Part shown: piece after piece, positions 62,924-64,000 of the stretch
How positions within the stretch are numbered: the first letter of the stretch is position 1
How the letters are laid out: each line of letters opens with the position of its first letter
From: Candidatus Peribacteria bacterium
GTDB taxonomy: Bacteria > Patescibacteriota > Gracilibacteria > UBA1369 > 2-02-FULL-48-14
Reading direction: 5' to 3'
Length of the DNA stretch: 64,000 bases
NCBI GenBank assembly: GCA_943354505.1
Contig: CALRCE010000003.1
Location: 7,255-71,254, forward strand
Notes under the pieces: model-generated
The model's database searches: none
Told to the model about the DNA's origin: nothing
Seen by the model: the letters and a program-made list of their open reading frames with translations, nothing else
Position numbers and translations under genes: made by a program

Positions 62924-64000
62924 ATGCCTCAACGGAAATCCGTGCCTCAAAAAACACTGGAAAGAGCCTACTTGTTCACGCTCTTCGCACTGCCCCTCCT
63001 CTTTTATCCGCAGGGCTTTGATGCTTACGAAATTCCCAAGAACATATTCTTTGGGGTTATGACGAGTCTACTCATAGTGGGTACTTTGGCGTATTCGCTC
63101 AGCAAAGAGCAGGTGTCCTTTCCTCTTTCGAAAGGACAAAAGAGAGGACTGATCTTGCTGCTCACCGTGCTGGCGCTCTCACTCCTCACTTCCCTACGTC
63201 CGGAAATCAGTTTTTTTGGAACCTACTACCGGCAAGGTGGCGTTTTGAACGCACTCACTTATATCGGTTTCTTCTTAGTGGGGCTTGTTTACCTGCAAGG
63301 CACTCCAAAAGAAGAGGAAAGAAAGGTGCAACTCTTCTTCAAGACCGTGTTCTTCTCAGGATTGCTTGTTGCACTTTACGCCATACTGCAAAAATTGGGC
63401 TTGGACATTTACGAAAGCACCACCACGGACATCTTTGCCGGGAGGAGTTTTTCCACGCTCGGGAACCCAACTTCCCTGGGGACTTTTTTACTCTTTCCTC
63501 TCGGAGCAGCAGCTTATTTCTTAGCCACCCAAAAACGAGCACGACTTCTTTATGGGTTCGGCTTCCTTTTCTTACTCACGGCGATGATCTGCAGCCAAAG
63601 CAGAGGGGCTCTCCTCGCGGTCTTGCTGTGCACGGCGCTGCTCTTCGTCAGGCACTTTAAAGAAAACAAGAAGGTGCTCGCGCTTTTAGCGCTCGCCAGC
63701 CTGCTGAGCCTCATCGGCTTCGCCCTCGTTTTCAGTTCAAACACGCGATCGTTGAGTTCCCGTTTCACCATCTGGGAGAGCAGCGCCGAAATCCTAAAAG
63801 AATCGCCCTTCTTCGGGATCGGTCTAGAGAACTTTTCCACCGCCTTCGAAGCCCATGTGGAAGAGGAGTTTTTCCAATACGAAGATTACCGAGATCTGGT
63901 GGATCGCCCTCACAACGAACTCTTGGAAGCGTGGATCCATTTAGGCTTCCCCGGCCTGCTCGTGTTTCTAGTCTACGCACTCTTCCTCGTGAAGAACGTT
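62924..64000 (+). CDS. Partial CDS (359 codons; continues past the window end): O-antigen ligase/polymerase-like (Wzy_C) membrane protein
   Basis: Absent from the ORF track. ATG at 62924, and the frame is open to nt 64000. Polytopic, with motifs SQSRGALLAVLL, GIGLENF and RPHNELLEAW. Confidence 0.65.
   Translation, partial: MPQRKSVPQKTLERAYLFTLFALPLLFYPQGFDAYEIPKNIFFGVMTSLLIVGTLAYSLSKEQVSFPLSKGQKRGLILLLTVLALSLLTSLRPEISFFGTYYRQGGVLNALTYIGFFLVGLVYLQGTPKEEERKVQLFFKTVFFSGLLVALYAILQKLGLDIYESTTTDIFAGRSFSTLGNPTSLGTFLLFPLGAAAYFLATQKRARLLYGFGFLFLLTAMICSQSRGALLAVLLCTALLFVRHFKENKKVLALLALASLLSLIGFALVFSSNTRSLSSRFTIWESSAEILKESPFFGIGLENFSTAFEAHVEEEFFQYEDYRDLVDRPHNELLEAWIHLGFPGLLVFLVYALFLVKNV

Noticed and set aside
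1-64000. Alternative genetic code (UGA recoding, as in some CPR lineages)
   Set aside because: Many well-defined genes end at TGA with full-length products (e.g. the ABC-F gene at 6634-6636). RF2, which reads UGA, is intact. No conserved gene is interrupted by in-frame TGA.
1-64000. CRISPR arrays, rRNA genes, transposases, integrases, prophage structural genes
   Set aside because: I saw no regularly spaced direct repeats, rRNA-like conserved stretches, or DDE/tyrosine/serine recombinase motifs in any frame. This was a visual scan, so short degenerate elements could be missed.

Overview
This is a 64-kb chromosomal window that is densely coded. It holds about 60 CDS, mostly with 0-150 nt spacers and many 1-4 nt overlaps. 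GC is moderate (about half, judged by eye). The genetic code is standard: TGA is used as a stop and RF2 is present.

The gene content resembles a small-genome Patescibacteria/CPR-type bacterium, possibly Peregrinibacteria-like; this is inference only. Supporting features are RNase J plus RNase Y, a DUF721/DciA-like protein, a TrbC/VirB2-like mini-pilin, and almost no Shine-Dalgarno signal.

Core content:
- Cell division: ftsA-ftsZ.
- Replication and repair: dnaN, mfd, holB, a 5'-3' exonuclease, a dciA-like gene.
- Translation: prfB, def, an ArfB-like GGQ protein, hpf, rpsP, two ABC-F ATPases, tmRNA, tRNA-Asp.
- A rich peptidoglycan set: a tandem Ddl-Ddl fusion, a PP-loop (MurL-like)-MurD fusion, MurF, a FemAB-family transferase, a MOP flippase, VanW, and an O-antigen-ligase-like protein.

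Accessory blocks whose composition looks different from the core genes:
1. 23550-28485 is the best candidate for an undescribed system. It is a three-gene orphan cassette. Its 878-aa protein has a glycine-zipper block and a C-terminal RelE/ParE-fold toxin module, and is followed 11 nt later by a small acidic ORF.
2. 55434-59894 holds a 747-aa protein made of about 25-residue tandem repeats, a 210-aa orphan, and a divergent class-III aminotransferase-like gene.
3. 41566-42971 is a low-GC AbiEi/AbiEii island.
4. 42968-45253 is an ApbE / FMN_bind lipoprotein / truncated RnfD-NqrB-like module.

Other signals:
- A DnaA-box-like cluster with an AT tract upstream of dnaN (candidate oriC).
- Five genes with a -10 hexamer exactly 6 nt before the ATG (leaderless geometry).
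- Several operator-like palindromes.
- An unexplained GC-rich structured spacer next to tRNA-Asp.

Two edge-truncated CDS (1-1489 minus, 62924-64000 plus) are missing from the supplied ORF track and were found by reading the sequence. No rRNA, CRISPR array, transposase or integrase was seen. All family assignments are motif-level recognition by eye; no searches were run.
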